49,633 nt of DNA from Chara braunii. Taxonomy: Eukaryota; Plantae; Charophyceae. The DNA lies in NCBI GenBank assembly GCA_003427395.1, contig BFEA01000025.1, positions 1,550,650 through 1,600,282 of the forward strand, given 5' to 3'. The position numbers and the translations under genes are program-made. Below the pieces are notes generated by a model. That model searched no databases. It was given only the letters and a program-made list of their open reading frames with translations, and was not told the DNA's origin. Shown here one piece after another: positions 24,481-37,826 of the stretch. Numbering within the stretch: position 1 is the stretch's first letter; the number at the start of each line of letters is the position of its first letter.

Positions 24481-24842
24481 AAAATAAAATAAAAAATGAA
24501 TTCACCATGAACAACATGTTGCACCCAAAACTTTCACAATTGCAAAGTATGATTCATCACGTACAACACATGAATTCAAACCCGAAAAACCACTTAATTT
24601 TTCTCATTTTCATAATGTTCATCTGTGAATATTCATCTATGTGATAACCACCTGTGACCGCACTCCCTAACGCACGTATATCCTCACGAGTCCAAGTACT
24701 CAAGAGCCAACGTAGGTCAATCGATGCTCTCCTTCCTAAGTCGTCAAATCCTTGTCAAACCTCGCTGCTCCCTGCTAGCGAATACTCACCTCCTCTTGTC
24801 ATTAGAGTTCAAATGTCGTAGAACAAATTCAACTATGATCCT

Positions 24843-27800
24843 TCAGTTCTCCTTTTCCATTACCTGACAAGGCATCGGGGACGTAGGAAGTCCCTCGAAG
24901 ATTGTTATCCGGGTGTCCCAGACAACGTTCTTCCCTAGCAATAGCGACCTATCCTTCTCTTCCCCCACTAGTTTTTTAGCTCTTTCCCAACACCGTCCGA
25001 AAGCAACGTCAATCTTCCTCTTTATTGACAGATAAATTCTCACATCATAGACGTCGATATCGGCGAATCCGACGGTCATCAATAGAGACGGATTCTCTCC
25101 CATCCACTGTCCACCAGTTCGTACTTCTCAACCTCGTACGGCATTCTCTCTCGTCTCCTTAAAGAACTTAAGGAAGTGCAGACAACCTTTAACTTTGTTT
25201 TCAACGGCCTATTCCCGACAAGAAATATTTCTCTCCTGACTTCTAACTCCTCATCGGAAATCACTTTCTCCTCACTCATCTCCCATCTAGTTTCCAAACA
25301 TTTTCCTATGACGATCACATGGTCTGACTGTTCTAGCAAAATCTACGTTCGCCTCCCATCCATCTCGGTCAAGTTCTCCACCTCCGATCGGAGGTCTAGG
25401 CAGGACGTCGAAAATTGTGATATCGTCGCTCACCTCGACGATCTCTCCTAATTTCTCTAATCTCTTCTTCTCTTCCCTCAGCTTTCAAGCCGCTATTCTT
25501 CAACACCTCGAGTATGTGCAGAACTCCGCTCTCTCTTTTGGCAAGTGTATCCTAATGTGGTGTATGCCCGAATCAATGTATCGTACCGTCATAATATAAA
25601 ATTGAATTTTTTTCTCATCCATTGTCCGCCACATGATACCTAACCACTTGGTACGGGAAGATCTCTTTTTTTTTCGATCTTACCTAGACTTCGATCAACT
25701 TCCTCACTTTCGTGTTCGCGTGGTCCGCTCTATCTTCCGAACTTACGCTTTCTTCACGCTAATTCTTCTTCGGGTAGGCTCATCTCATGTTCAATTTTGG
25801 AGACCACCTAACATTCGATGACAATTAATGCAAGAGTTGCTAACATCCTCTTCATGGACTTCTCTAGGATAAGGTAGAAGACTTCAAAGTCGTTGTTATC
25901 CCCGAAGTCCTCTATGTCTTCTAAGGTTTTTATCATCTCTTTCCAGTATCGGTTGTGCGCCGCGAGTGTCTTGAGAACCACTCCGTCTACTATAACCCTT
26001 GTTAACTCTCCTACTTCTCTAGCTCCTTTCTCCATAAGCCTCTCTGCCACTCTCGGGGATTCATGCCAAGAGCGAACGAAACTCCTCCTTCAAATAACGT
26101 CGTACTCAATATGTACCTGATAAGACGCCTGTTCTCGACTCTTACCCAGAGTGAGGTCCCTCGCGCTTCTCTTAGCGCTATCCGTGTGCACTCTTCCTCT
26201 TCTATCATCCTCAGTCTTACTAGGTGACCCACCTGTATAACCACACAAACCATTGGTCCTTCTATCTTCCCTACCACGTATACGGAGTACTTATCGTCAT
26301 TATACTGACACGTACTCATCGTCTTTCATCCTGCCGTTGTTTCTTCACCGTTCTTCCCTCCTTTCCCGTTCTTCTCGTCTTCACTGTCCTTTCTTTCTTC
26401 CCGCTCCACAAATTTAGAGGATTTTCCCTGTTCCGACTGTTGGTGGTCTCTTATTTTCGTGCTCTCAAGAAACTCAAACCTCCACCTTCTGACGAACTCC
26501 CTATCTTCCCTAAAGATCCTTTCTAGTTCCTTCGTACTCCTCTCTGTTCTACGCAATTTACCCTCGCTCTCACAAACTCCGTACGCTTTGATTATTTCCC
26601 CCAACTCTCTAACGTTTTTTAACACAGGTTCCATAATTATTTCTTCCACTCTTTTCACTTTCTCATCTTCCATTCTTGACCTTTCATCTTCACTCAGGTC
26701 AGCCAATCTCTTTACATCCTAGCTCGTCCTTCTGTCGGCGTCTCGTTTTGAACGATCTCAACCCGTATATCTCCTCTCACTCAGACGATCACCTCATATA
26801 TCATCCATTCCTGTGTCGTGACTGCCCTCAGTGCTTCTAACCTATGCTCTCGTACGACGTCTTTAGCGAGCTCTCCACACTTGTTGTCCGCCTCCTTGTT
26901 TATACTCACCATAAAAAAGATCTGCAGTGTTACCTCATCGTGTGTTAAGCGTCTTGAGACCGTGCGCACGTACGACAAACGTCGCGAGGGAAGGTGGTGT
27001 CGCTCGTCAGTAGAAAATCGACGTTTTGGCTCTATTTCTTGCGCGATCACACGAGGATTCCTATCATCTACACTCCTCCATGAATCCGAACCTCGATGAT
27101 CCTACTGTAGAGAGTACGACACTCGTCGTTTATGTTTGTACAGTACAGACTCGCTTTGCGTCATGCCAACCCAGAGTACCGACTCATACTCTGTTCCTCG
27201 CTTTCACTACCGTTTCATCGAAAAATAACTCCGCTCGCAAGTATCCTGCCGACCACACCATTACTTCGTACGTCACCTTTGTTTGAAAGGTCACGCACGT
27301 AAGTACTCCTGCTCGGTGCTCGCCGATGAACTCTCTAGTTTTTCTCGGACACTCTTGCTCCGTCATATCTTCCTCTATGTGCGCTTTGAGCAAGACTGTC
27401 ACTGTAAAACCCTCGTTCACTAACCGTCGACTCACGTTGGTACCCGTGGACGTTCGACCTGACATATCTCTACTGACGGCCCTCGTACAAATATCTCAAC
27501 TCCTCTAGCCCGGCGTACTTGTCTTCTACGTGTCTTCGACAATATGCAACCAGATCGGCTGGCCTCAGACAATCTATCTTGCAGGCCGCGTCGATCAGTC
27601 CTCTTACCGTCTCGTAATCAAAATGCCCCCACACCGCACAGACGGCGAAGTAAGCCTCCTTAAATCGGGACACTAACCCGAATCTGAGAGCGTAAAATAT
27701 GTCGTCAACAACTCTGTTCAGATTGTTTACGCCTCCCTACACCTGCTCTATCACGAACGTAGGCAGGGTCCACCTCCATCCTTCTATAAGGCAGAGATCT

Positions 27801-29306
27801 GGTTTTGGGGGCCCGAATATTATGCACACTAGGGGTTGACTTCCTCCCACTGAACTACCCAGTCTCCGTCTCACAATAGATCTCGCTAAAGCTTCGTACT
27901 TCCACCAGGTTCTACTAACACCAACAAGCGTTAGCCCTATCTCCAGGTCTTGAGATCTATCAAACACAAGATGTCATATAGCCTCCACCTGTCGGTCACC
28001 GCTTGTTCCCCTATTCTCTCAAATCACCGTCCACAGAAATACTCTGTCCGCCAGCCACGTTCCCGCGTACCTAATTGGCATCCTCTTGCTTTCGTACAAG
28101 CACACAGGGAAAGGGATATCAAACCCTAAAACAGTTTCTCTAGGCTTGACCAACCTCTTTGCCCTGTATGAATCAGAGTCACGTTGTAACAGGTATGTCC
28201 ACCATGCGCTCAAATCGCTCCTCATCTCTCTCCATCCAGCCTACGTCTGGCCACCCCACACGTCCTCACGACTACGCTCTGAACCCGAGCACGAGTCTCG
28301 GGAAATGGATCGAGCACGCAGGAGCATCGTCCACCTCGTCGACCTCCACCTTATCCTCCCACTCGGATGCCTCCTCATCGGAGTCCACCTAGTCAGGCTC
28401 CCAGGCCTCCTTGTCGTCTACTCCGCCATCATCCACCTCAGCGCCCATGCGATATCCCGATGCCCCTATAATCTCGTAGTATCGAGTCAGCTAATAGGGG
28501 GCTATCAGAGCCTCGCTACCCCACCACGAGTCCCAGTGCTCCAAGAAGAGTCGGTCTATGGATGTGATATAGTCAGGCTCAGCCCGAAGCTCACAGTCAA
28601 ACATATCCCATACGTAGGATGGCGGAGGATGCCTCCAGTCGTAGCCCTCCTCTCTCCGGCCTCCTGGCGAGCTAGGGGCAATGGACCGGATCAGCTCAAT
28701 GAGATGAATCCTCTCGTTCCCCCACCGGGGTTCGACAGTCACAAGGGAGTAGTAGATGTAGTGGGTGCTAAGATCCCCCCTCGAGAAATGTTTGAGCTCT
28801 GTCACGGTGAGATAGGCCTCAAATAAGCCTGCTATCCTGCCAAACACCTCGTCAACCATAAACGAGGGAATGATCGCCCCCAATCTGCAGCCCGAGTGCG
28901 GGAAGACCCATCGAGGACGACCTGTAGCTCCCCCGTTATGATCCAGGGAGGGTACCTGTTTGTCCATAGCGCGGTGTCCTGCTCCACCTCGAGTCTGAAA
29001 GCTTCTACCTCCTCCTGAAGATATCGCTCTGCCCAGCCAATGATCCCATAAGCTCCCCATGTCGTCAGGGTTAGAGCAACCTTCTTGAATACGGGTAGAT
29101 ATTGACCTCCCCGTATGTCGACCGTAAGGACCTTGGCTGCTCTTTAGCTCCCGGTACATCCACAACCAAGTGCCAGGCCACAGGAGGATCAACCTCCACT
29201 TGTAGCGGCCGTCGTGCCAGTCAATGGGTCGAGAAGGTAGGGTGAATTCGACCAGATCACCCTCTATAAGCTCAGGAGGATCATTTACCCAGTCGGTCCA
29301 TCGCAT
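24843..29306 (-). pseudogene. extra coding region of unknown function upstream of gag (chain of broken ORFs)
   Basis: About 11 consecutive - strand ORFs (271, 68, 76, 67, 93, 89, 126, 102, 80, 86, 86 aa) tile the interval with protein-like composition and a purine-rich sense strand; no domain recognised. Confidence 0.6.
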
Positions 29307-31354
29307 ACTCCTCTACCGTTGAAGGTGGCCACATACATTTATTTGTTTTCTCTAGCTCTGTAAGGTAGTAGGGGATAAAAAGGGGGGCAGAAAAGGAGGT
29401 CAAGAAACTCAAAATTTCAGAAAAATTTCGGCAACACGTATCCTCCCCCCGTTAGGATCGGGTTTGGGACAATGTCCCTATAAGACGATAGCCGAGAACA
29501 ATTTCTAGCCTACGCTAGACATGGATGGCGCCGAATTCCGAGCTCGAACGAAGCCTACAGGTCTTTTCCTCGAGTCCCTTCGAATATAAGGCGTTTGCTC
29601 TATTCGAGGGAATTATGCCTGTCCTACCCACGGGCACGCTTTTAACTAGCAGGGTTTACCCCCTAGTCAGAAATTAAATATGTAATCAGATGCTACTCAT
29701 TCTTTAAATTTTTAGGTCACGATATGAATTTTAAGGAGTTTTAAAACTTTAATTGATTAAAATTTTGAATAAAAGAGAAATAATCAATATTATACCCCCT
29801 AGTACCAAGGGGGGAATAAGTTCAAGTTCAGAAGAGGCTCAAAGTGAACTCCCAACTCCTTTTTGCCCTTTGTTTTTATTTCTTTTTGAATTTTTAGTAA
29901 TTAATTGTTTAAAATTAGATTTTATTAAAGAAAAATTCTCCTTTTGGCTTTAATCCTTTAGAATGACAAAAAAGATCTTACCGTAAGCCAGATATATCCT
30001 GCCAATCTTTATACTCCCTTTTTATGATTTTTTAAATATTTTTTAAATATTAATTAAATAAAATATAATTAATCTGAATAAAATCTCTATTTATTTTATA
30101 TCTCTTAAGGGTAGGTATATGTCGAGATTTTTTCAACCCGCAGGATTTAAAGGTGATGCAAATGAGTTTTGGGAATTTATAAAAATTTCGGCAGCATTTC
30201 CCCTTCCCCCGTTGGGATGGGCTTCGGGACGAGTCCCTCTATTAAGGCCGCCGAAAGGAAAACGAAAGTAAGATAAATGACAAGAGAGAAAATAATTTTA
30301 AATAAATTTTTAGATATTTATTTTAATTTTTATAAAATTTATTAGCAAAAATTCAAACCCATTCTCTTTTTTTCGTGTATATCTTTCGCGGAAAAGGCCC
30401 GAGTCCCCTCGGGACCTCGCCGTAGATTTTTGTGGACCTTGCACTCGCACAATTTCCGGGTAGTGCCCTAGATTTAAATTCTTACCATTTTCCTTATTTT
30501 GTCCCCCTTCACCGCTTAAAACTTATTTAAATATGTACACAAAATTTTTACCGTCGATTTTTCCGACGGAGAGTTCCAATTGTTTCTGCTAATTCAGCCG
30601 CCCGACTTTGGTACCGGGTTCTCTCCGCTAAAATCGCACGGCTTAGCACATAAAATTAGTTTCAACCTTTATATAATATTATATGTATTACCCCGTCTTA
30701 GGGTTTTCCCTAATTAGGGTTAGGGTTTTGCTCGCGATCGCACGCACACCGTAAACCCCTTATCACCGTGGAAAATTTATGGGGCATTCCTCGAGGTTCA
30801 AAGTCAAAATTTATTGGATTACAATTTTTTTATGATTGTTTTTTTTATTTTAAATAAATTAACAAGAAAATTATAATTTTTTAATTTAATTTGTATTAAT
30901 GGGCCTTGTTGGATCCCGTACTGCTCGCATGCGTTGTCTATTTCACCCGTACTAGGTCTCAAAATGTCGGGAGAAATAAATTGAACAACTTTGTGCTGAG
31001 TGGACGCCCTCAAATTCTCTTCTAATTTTCCGTAATTAAAAAAAAAAGAAAAGATTTTTGGAATATTATTTAGAAAAATAGATAAAATTGATTATCTCCA
31101 ATCCTAGCCATTAGATTTTTTTGAAAAGGGTACCAAAATTTTCGTCTTGATGTAAGGACAAACTTTGATACGGGGCGACTCGCACAAAAACGCCCACATG
31201 AGGAGATATCGCAAAAACACTTATGAATAAAAAATATCAAAAATTGAAAACTAATCAAGAAACATTAATTGAACAGACTAATTAGCACGTGGCTAATCAG
31301 CCTGCGCACCCCCGTTCGATTGGGGAAGGCCGAGGCCTTCGGGGTGCAGTACCC

Positions 31355-31372
31355 TCCCCGGCAAAGGCGCCA
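31355..31372 (-). promoter_or_regulatory. primer binding site complementary to tRNA-Asp
   Basis: - strand TGGCGCCTTTGCCGGGGA, 4 nt after the LTR end; 17/18 match to the plant tRNA-Asp 3' end TCCCCGGCAACGGCGCCA. Confidence 0.88.
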
Positions 31373-31376
31373 AGGT

Positions 31377-34300
31377 TGTAAGGAAACCCGGGGAGAGGTC
31401 GCCTGCTGTTCGCTGAAGCCAAGGGGTACAACGCCTGTCATTCGTTGTGCCCACATCAAAGGTCCTCAGTGACCAGCAGGGTGTTGAAGTTTCCACTGCC
31501 TATCAAATTCCCTCTTTGAGGTTAATCTTGCAGGCTCTACACAGGGATAATCTTAGAGGAGGATCAAGGTTAAAATGCAAGGTAAGAAAATGAATTGTTT
31601 ATTATGGCCTGTTGATCTGAGCCCCGAGTGAATACGTTTCTTTAAACTGTTCCAGTTGATCTTCAGGTTAGCTCGGGGACATCCTTTGCTTCGTCCTTGA
31701 GATCAGACGAGCAATGGCAATAAGAATAATTCTTAAATACTAATAGTAGCAATTGCGATAATAATATTCGTGAAACATGAATAATGTACGTTATTACCAT
31801 ACCACTTACTTTCTCCGCCCCCTTGGAGAAGATTCACCCGTCCTATATGCGCGGTCTCGGTTCCGACCTCATCCGTTATTCGCGCAGAAACTTGAACATT
31901 CTAATAATACCCCTTTTCTTCATGATAGGTCCCCGATTGGGCGGTTTGTGTACTGACAAATTCAGAAATTCCAATAGTCCATTTTCCTGCAGAACAAATC
32001 CTTAACGAGACCTAACCCGAACTGCCAATTACAAAGACTGCAGAATTTCCCTTTCATGCTGAATGAGTTCTTGATTGGTCTGAACACGAATTGTCAAACT
32101 CAGAAGTTTCAATAATTCCTTTTTTCTGCAGAATAAGTTATTGATTGGTCTGAACACGAATTGCCAAGCTGAGGGGTTTCAATAATTCCCTTTTTCTGCA
32201 GAATGAGTTCTTGATTGGACTGAAGACGAACTGCCAAACTCAGAAGCTTAAATAATACTCTTGTCTCCGGCGAGAATCTTTGATTGGTCGGGTCTCGACC
32301 GTTAAACACAGAATTCTCAATATGCTCGCCCCTTTCACGCTTCCTTTCTCATACACACACTCGCGCACGCACTCTCCCGCTCTCATACTCAGTTGTTCAC
32401 ACACGCTGCTACACTTGAAAGGATCATTTCAACCAATCACACTCTGCCTTATTCCTTCTCTGCACGCCACTGCAGCCCGCTTGATTAGTTACCTACTTAG
32501 AATGCATTCAACCTTCTGTAAGAAAACGGGAAAGATACATCTCTGCACCTCAACTCTTGGCGAATGCTCATCAGTTGACCACCATGGAGTGAATCGTCTA
32601 CTAAGACATGGGAAGGTACGTGGTTATATTCTTTATTTCTGCAGACAACACCGCCACTGTGTCACTTGCTAGTCAAGGCAGGCAGCATGCGTCTTCGACT
32701 TGAACCAAGAAAGATGCACGATCATATTCTCCGTGTTTCCTGTCGAGCATAGAAGGGAAAATGAGAGAATCATCAACAAGAACAGGGAAGCATACATTAC
32801 CACATTCTGTCTGGTATCGGCCGTGTTCCTCGGATTTGTTAATGAATCTCTCACTAGAAGATCGAAAGGTGCACGACAATCATCGTTGCCCCTGTGCGCG
32901 GCTGTTGTTAGAGTGTCATTTGCAATCACTTAGTATGACACGAACGTGGTCTGACCCAGGCGTTATATTTGATGAATGTCAACTCTCTCTTTTTTCATGC
33001 ACACCACCTCACGCATGCTCGCAAGCTTCCTCTTTACTCACGAGATTTCCCCTCTTAGACTAGCGTGATTCCCAATCAATGTGTGTTTAAAGCGAGCGCG
33101 TTCCTCACCTGATTCGCTTCCCGTTCGCTGCTGAACCTTAGACTGGTCGTTTGCCCAAACACTAGCGTTCCTCCCCTCCTAGCCCGATTAACCTCTCGCT
33201 GGTGAGTCGTTTCGTACACAGGCGGCTCGTTTCTCACGATCACTCCTGCGATGATAATTTTTGGGCGTGAGAACCCACACTCGAATCCTATCCGGATCCA
33301 AGTCAGGTTTGCACGAATGGGAGACTACCCCCCCTTCCAGCCTTTCCAGCCGTGCACTATCCCTCTTAAACTCATCTTTCCACTGTCCGAACCTTGCAGA
33401 TCAACTTAGATCACATCTGCCTACATAGGTGTGAGACCCGTCCAGCGTCCACCCGCAAGTTCAGCATCGACGATTCTAATGAGATATGCTCGCAAGGGCT
33501 CACGATCTCAACCGCTTCGTTCTCGCTCCTCCCTTCCTTTGCCTGTGCGAAAAGCCCCTCTCCCTGTTGATCGGATACGGGGCTGTGTACGCCAGGTAGG
33601 TGTGAAAACGCCCTCGCCCCCCCCCGCACTGTCTGAATGTCTCCTCCCTTTCATCGCAGAGCATTCCCTAGCTCCGCTCGTCGTGCTTGGTGAATGTGAG
33701 CGACGTTGTGCATTCCCCTCGGTGGACGTGTTCCCAAACACGCATGTTGTGACCCCACTAGGACAGGAGGCTGGGTACGCCTGACACGCGCAAATAAAAA
33801 TAAATCCCCTTATGTTCGTTGGTTCCCACTATATTCACGCAGCACCTTACTCATAGGACTCAGGGCAACTGGGACCGTCGGTGCCAACAATACCCATGGC
33901 TCTAGATCGAGAACATGTAGTAAACAGGCTCGGGGCAACAGGCCCGACACTCAGACGAAACCCTAAAGGAAAGCATAGTACCAAGCGCTTAAGTGTCATG
34001 CCCATTCTGGGGTTCATTTGTTGTCAGAGACCACGCCCTAATAAAATCCGTGTCGGATTAATTTACCATGTTTAACTGCATCCTGCCGCATCAGTTGCTG
34101 TCACACAGTCAAATTGTGTCATTGACCGACTATTGCGACATTATGATTGTAGTTGATCCACTGCAACACACAAAGACCAGGGCCGTTACGGTCACCTTAG
34201 TAAGCCAACGATACCAGGCCAAGTATCGTACCATAGAGTATCAGCGTCGTAAACACACCCGAAGCAGAACCCGCATCAAAGTTTATTGAGTCGGACTGCA

Positions 34301-35695
34301 GTGAGTCGTACTGGTGCCTAGCTAGTAGGGAGAAGAAGTAAATTAAGATTGGACAGCAATGTGCCGCTCTATTGCCGAACCAATGATCGTACCAAAGTAA
34401 CAAGATCAGACCCCGCTCCAGTGCCGTGCCAGTGACCGAACCTGAAATTCAGGAATAGAGCGTGCTATGCTGCCCCAGTACCTTATCTGTGCCGAACCAG
34501 TGTTCATACCAAGGCCAAAATGCCGAACCACTGACCAGACATCGTGCCAAACACTACAAGCACCGTGCCTGTATTAAACCAGTGTCCATACCGTCCATAG
34601 ACCAGATATTGAACCAGCAACCGTATGCCGCAATCATCCGGAACTGGACTGCAATACCGCACCAAGGATCAACCACCCGTACCATGCTTGCGCCAAACCA
34701 GTGGTTGTGTCAAACAAAAGGTGCGCCATGCCTATTCCGAACTAGTGTCCACACCAGAAGTGATAATACTGAGCCTCCTTGCGTTTACTGACCAGAAACA
34801 GTAGTACCGAACTTCCATGGTTGTACCAATGTCAGTCAAATGACCACACCTCAGGCCGTAGTGTGTCGTCCTAGTGCCTTGCGAGTGTCGAACCAGTACC
34901 GAACCTGAAATAACTGTTTCAAACCGTAGTGCCCCTTTTCGTTGCTGGCCAAATACCTATCGTAGTCTCGTCATCGTTTCCATGAAACCCTTACCGTCGG
35001 GTCGTTGTCACACCTCCACCGGTTGGCAGTCCAATGTAGTAACCCGTAGCGAGTACTTAATACCATGCGGCAGTCGACCACCCGCACGTACACTAATATA
35101 AGAGGGTTATAACTAGGGTAACATGCAGGGGAAATCAAGTATGAATGAGGATGAGATAATAAGTAGTTAATATCGATTTGAATCGGTGGGGACTCGGAAT
35201 AATCAAATGGAGAAAATCCGTTTAGATCAAATGAAGAATAAACAGAAAAAATTCCGGTTGAAATCAACAAGGCCACTAGCGATCAGAAAATGTTTAATAT
35301 TAAAATAATAAGCCATTTAACTTTTATTCCTTATTTTTAATTTCTTCATAAAATTAGATAAAACTTTAAATCCATTTCCTCGCCAACTGGCTAGTGTGGA
35401 AAGGGTCGCGCAAAGGATTGCATACATACCTTTGCCCCTCGGCTGGTTGACTCGAAGATAGCCTCAGAACTGACGAAAAAGGGTAAGCGCCAGTCAAGGT
35501 AGAGACGGCTGTTCAACTTGTTAAATTCAAGGGTTAGTTTCTACGGTCAACGATGGGAAGTTTAGGGTTCCTCTGACGACCCAAAGTTTCCCCGACAGTC
35601 CCGACAGGAGTACCCGACAAATCCTAACCCGACATTTGGTTGGGGGATGGACTCCTTGTACGTGGGTTGGCTGACAGGTTTGCGGCCGCCCTACA
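31377..35695 (-). repeat. 5' LTR (4319 bp)
   Basis: TGTAAGGAAACC...CCGCCCTACA; direct repeat of 11485-15732. Confidence 0.92.
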
Positions 35696-35700
35696 ATGTA

Positions 35701-36075
35701 GCTATGGGCAAAGATACAGTTTTGAGTTGCAGTTCGGGCAATGTATACAACCCAACTTTCTGGCCAGGTAGGGTGCCCGTAGTGCAATTGCAAACTGTAT
35801 CTTGCCCCATCGTGCAGTTATAACTCGTTACCCAATAATAACTCGTTTTTGTGACTCTACTGAAGTTACCCCAACTAATGGGGAAACTACGTGGGAGTAA
35901 AAAAAAAGAGTTATAATTGCACTATGGGCCAAGATACAATTTTTAATTGCAGTTCGGGCAATATATACAACCCAACTTTCTGGCCAAGCAAGGTGCCTGA
36001 AGTGCAATTGCAAACTGTATCTTGGCCCAAAGTGCAATTATAACTCGTTTTTGTGACTCTACTGAAGTTACCCCT
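35701..36075. repeat. two tandem fold-back (MITE-like) units
   Basis: 35908-36046 has 35-bp inverted arms with 2 mismatches (GAGTTATAATTGCACTATGGGCCAAGATACAATTT); 35701-35826 is a left-truncated copy. Confidence 0.75.
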
Positions 36076-37826
36076 AAACCAATCTACTCAAATATCTTGT
36101 GGGATCACCCAACTATTAGATCTTAAATTACTGTAAAGTTGACAACCAATAGTTACTTAGAGGATCTACTAGTTAGGATTCATTACCACTAAAGAGGGAA
36201 GTATCTATCATTGCTCCTCCCCGACCCCTCTCTCTCCCTATAACCTGTCTCAGACTCATCTAACTCAACAGTAATGCCCTCTTTGCTTCAATCTCTACTC
36301 TGGAATGGTAAAATACAGTAGATAGAGCTTAGACCAATACTGAGGTGCAAAGGCTGAAACACTATGCTACGTTAGAAGTTATTAGTTCATAGAATTTTTG
36401 AGTCCCACTTGTGAGGCTACCAGACCACTCAGTTCCGACAGCCTCTTCGATGAGAGGTCTTACAGGCAGGACTCATATATAGTTTTGCTTGGGTATTCTT
36501 GAATCTTGATCCCCGTTACCAGAACTTGGCTTTACTGGCCAAATGACAATGTCTGAAACTCCGGCTAAGTTGTGGATCCGACTGGCGGAATACATCCTCA
36601 GTGAGGAATGGGGTTTAAAGGCACCCGAGCTGGTTTGGCAATGCTTACTACTACCCTACTGCACGAACCACAGGCCAAAGTCGTGTGTTTGGAATGACAT
36701 ATTGTATGGTTGGAACAAACTTCTCCCTAGAATGTTAATCCACCAGTTTCAAAAGGAGAAGTGCTGAATCAGTTACTGTTTGATAACCCGAGTATTACCA
36801 AGATAGATGGGGGAAGTTTTACAGCTGGAGGAGAGGTGGGAGGCTTCGAACGAGCATGGGTAGAGAGAGGAATTTTGCAGATTAAACATATCTGGGACGG
36901 GGATACGGAAGGCTGGACTACTGAAGAAAAATTACGGAAGAAGCTCCCACGGCTCAGAAATGTGGGCCTAAATCTGAAGGCCTTGATTGCAGGCATTCCT
37001 AAGGAATGGTCCCTCCGGTTAAAGAATTCATCTGAGCAGATGGCAGGTTCGTGGGTTTTCTCCGATGAAGAGTAGGGAAGGGTCTGGAAACTTTTGGGCC
37101 CTGATCTAGCAGCTGGTCTAAGGGTAGAAGAATGACGGATCCTGGTTTTTATCACTAATCCACAGGTCAAGCAGGGCAACCTCCTCCGGATGACTAAAAA
37201 AACAGTCCCCTCGTCGAAAGATCCCTTGGAGACCAGGGTACAACTAAACAAGGATGACAGTCAGGCTGAGCGGTCACCCAGTTCCGGGTAGAACCGAACA
37301 TTAAGAGTTGGCCCCCTCAGACATCAGGGACCAGCAGGATGCAGTCCCTCTGATACCTTATAAGCCTAAGACGGACAAGATTTCTTCAAACCTCAATTGA
37401 GAAAACCCCTTTAGTGCTAGCTAGTAATAGGTTTAACAGGATTAAAAACGGACTACAGCCCCAGCCAGACTGGCGAGCACTGTGGAGAGCTTTGAAGTTG
37501 ATGCCCTCTCAAAGGGATGCCAACCTGTGGTGGCTACAATCTTTATTAGTGGTAGCCTCAACTCTCTGGCCATCTCAGAGAGGAATGGATCTATCAATCA
37601 CATGACATTGTGACGCCCAAACCTCACGCCCAGCGCGACTTCCTGATTGGCGTATGAGTGGGCCTGGAAATGCGAAAAAAGGGGGTGTGCCAAGGATTTT
37701 AGGAAAGTGGGGGTGGAGTCCCTAGTCGGAACTGACATCTCCGGTGGCAAGTCTCAGGGATAGGAATGCAAGAGGATAGGCGCGGGTCGAAGTCTGAGTG
37801 TGGGGCTACCGCCTCTGTTGGTTCCG

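Larger units (their letters stand above)
11485..35695 (-). mobile_element. full-length (24.2 kb) decayed non-chromovirus Ty3/gypsy LTR retrotransposon
   Basis: Two TG...CA direct repeats of about 4.3 kb, ATGT on both flanks (11481-11484 and 35696-35699), tRNA-Asp PBS, gag-PR-RT-RH-INT order on the - strand. Confidence 0.88.

Noticed and set aside
28086-28826. 246-aa + strand ORF
   Set aside because: Antisense shadow of the - strand coding chain; no independent motif.
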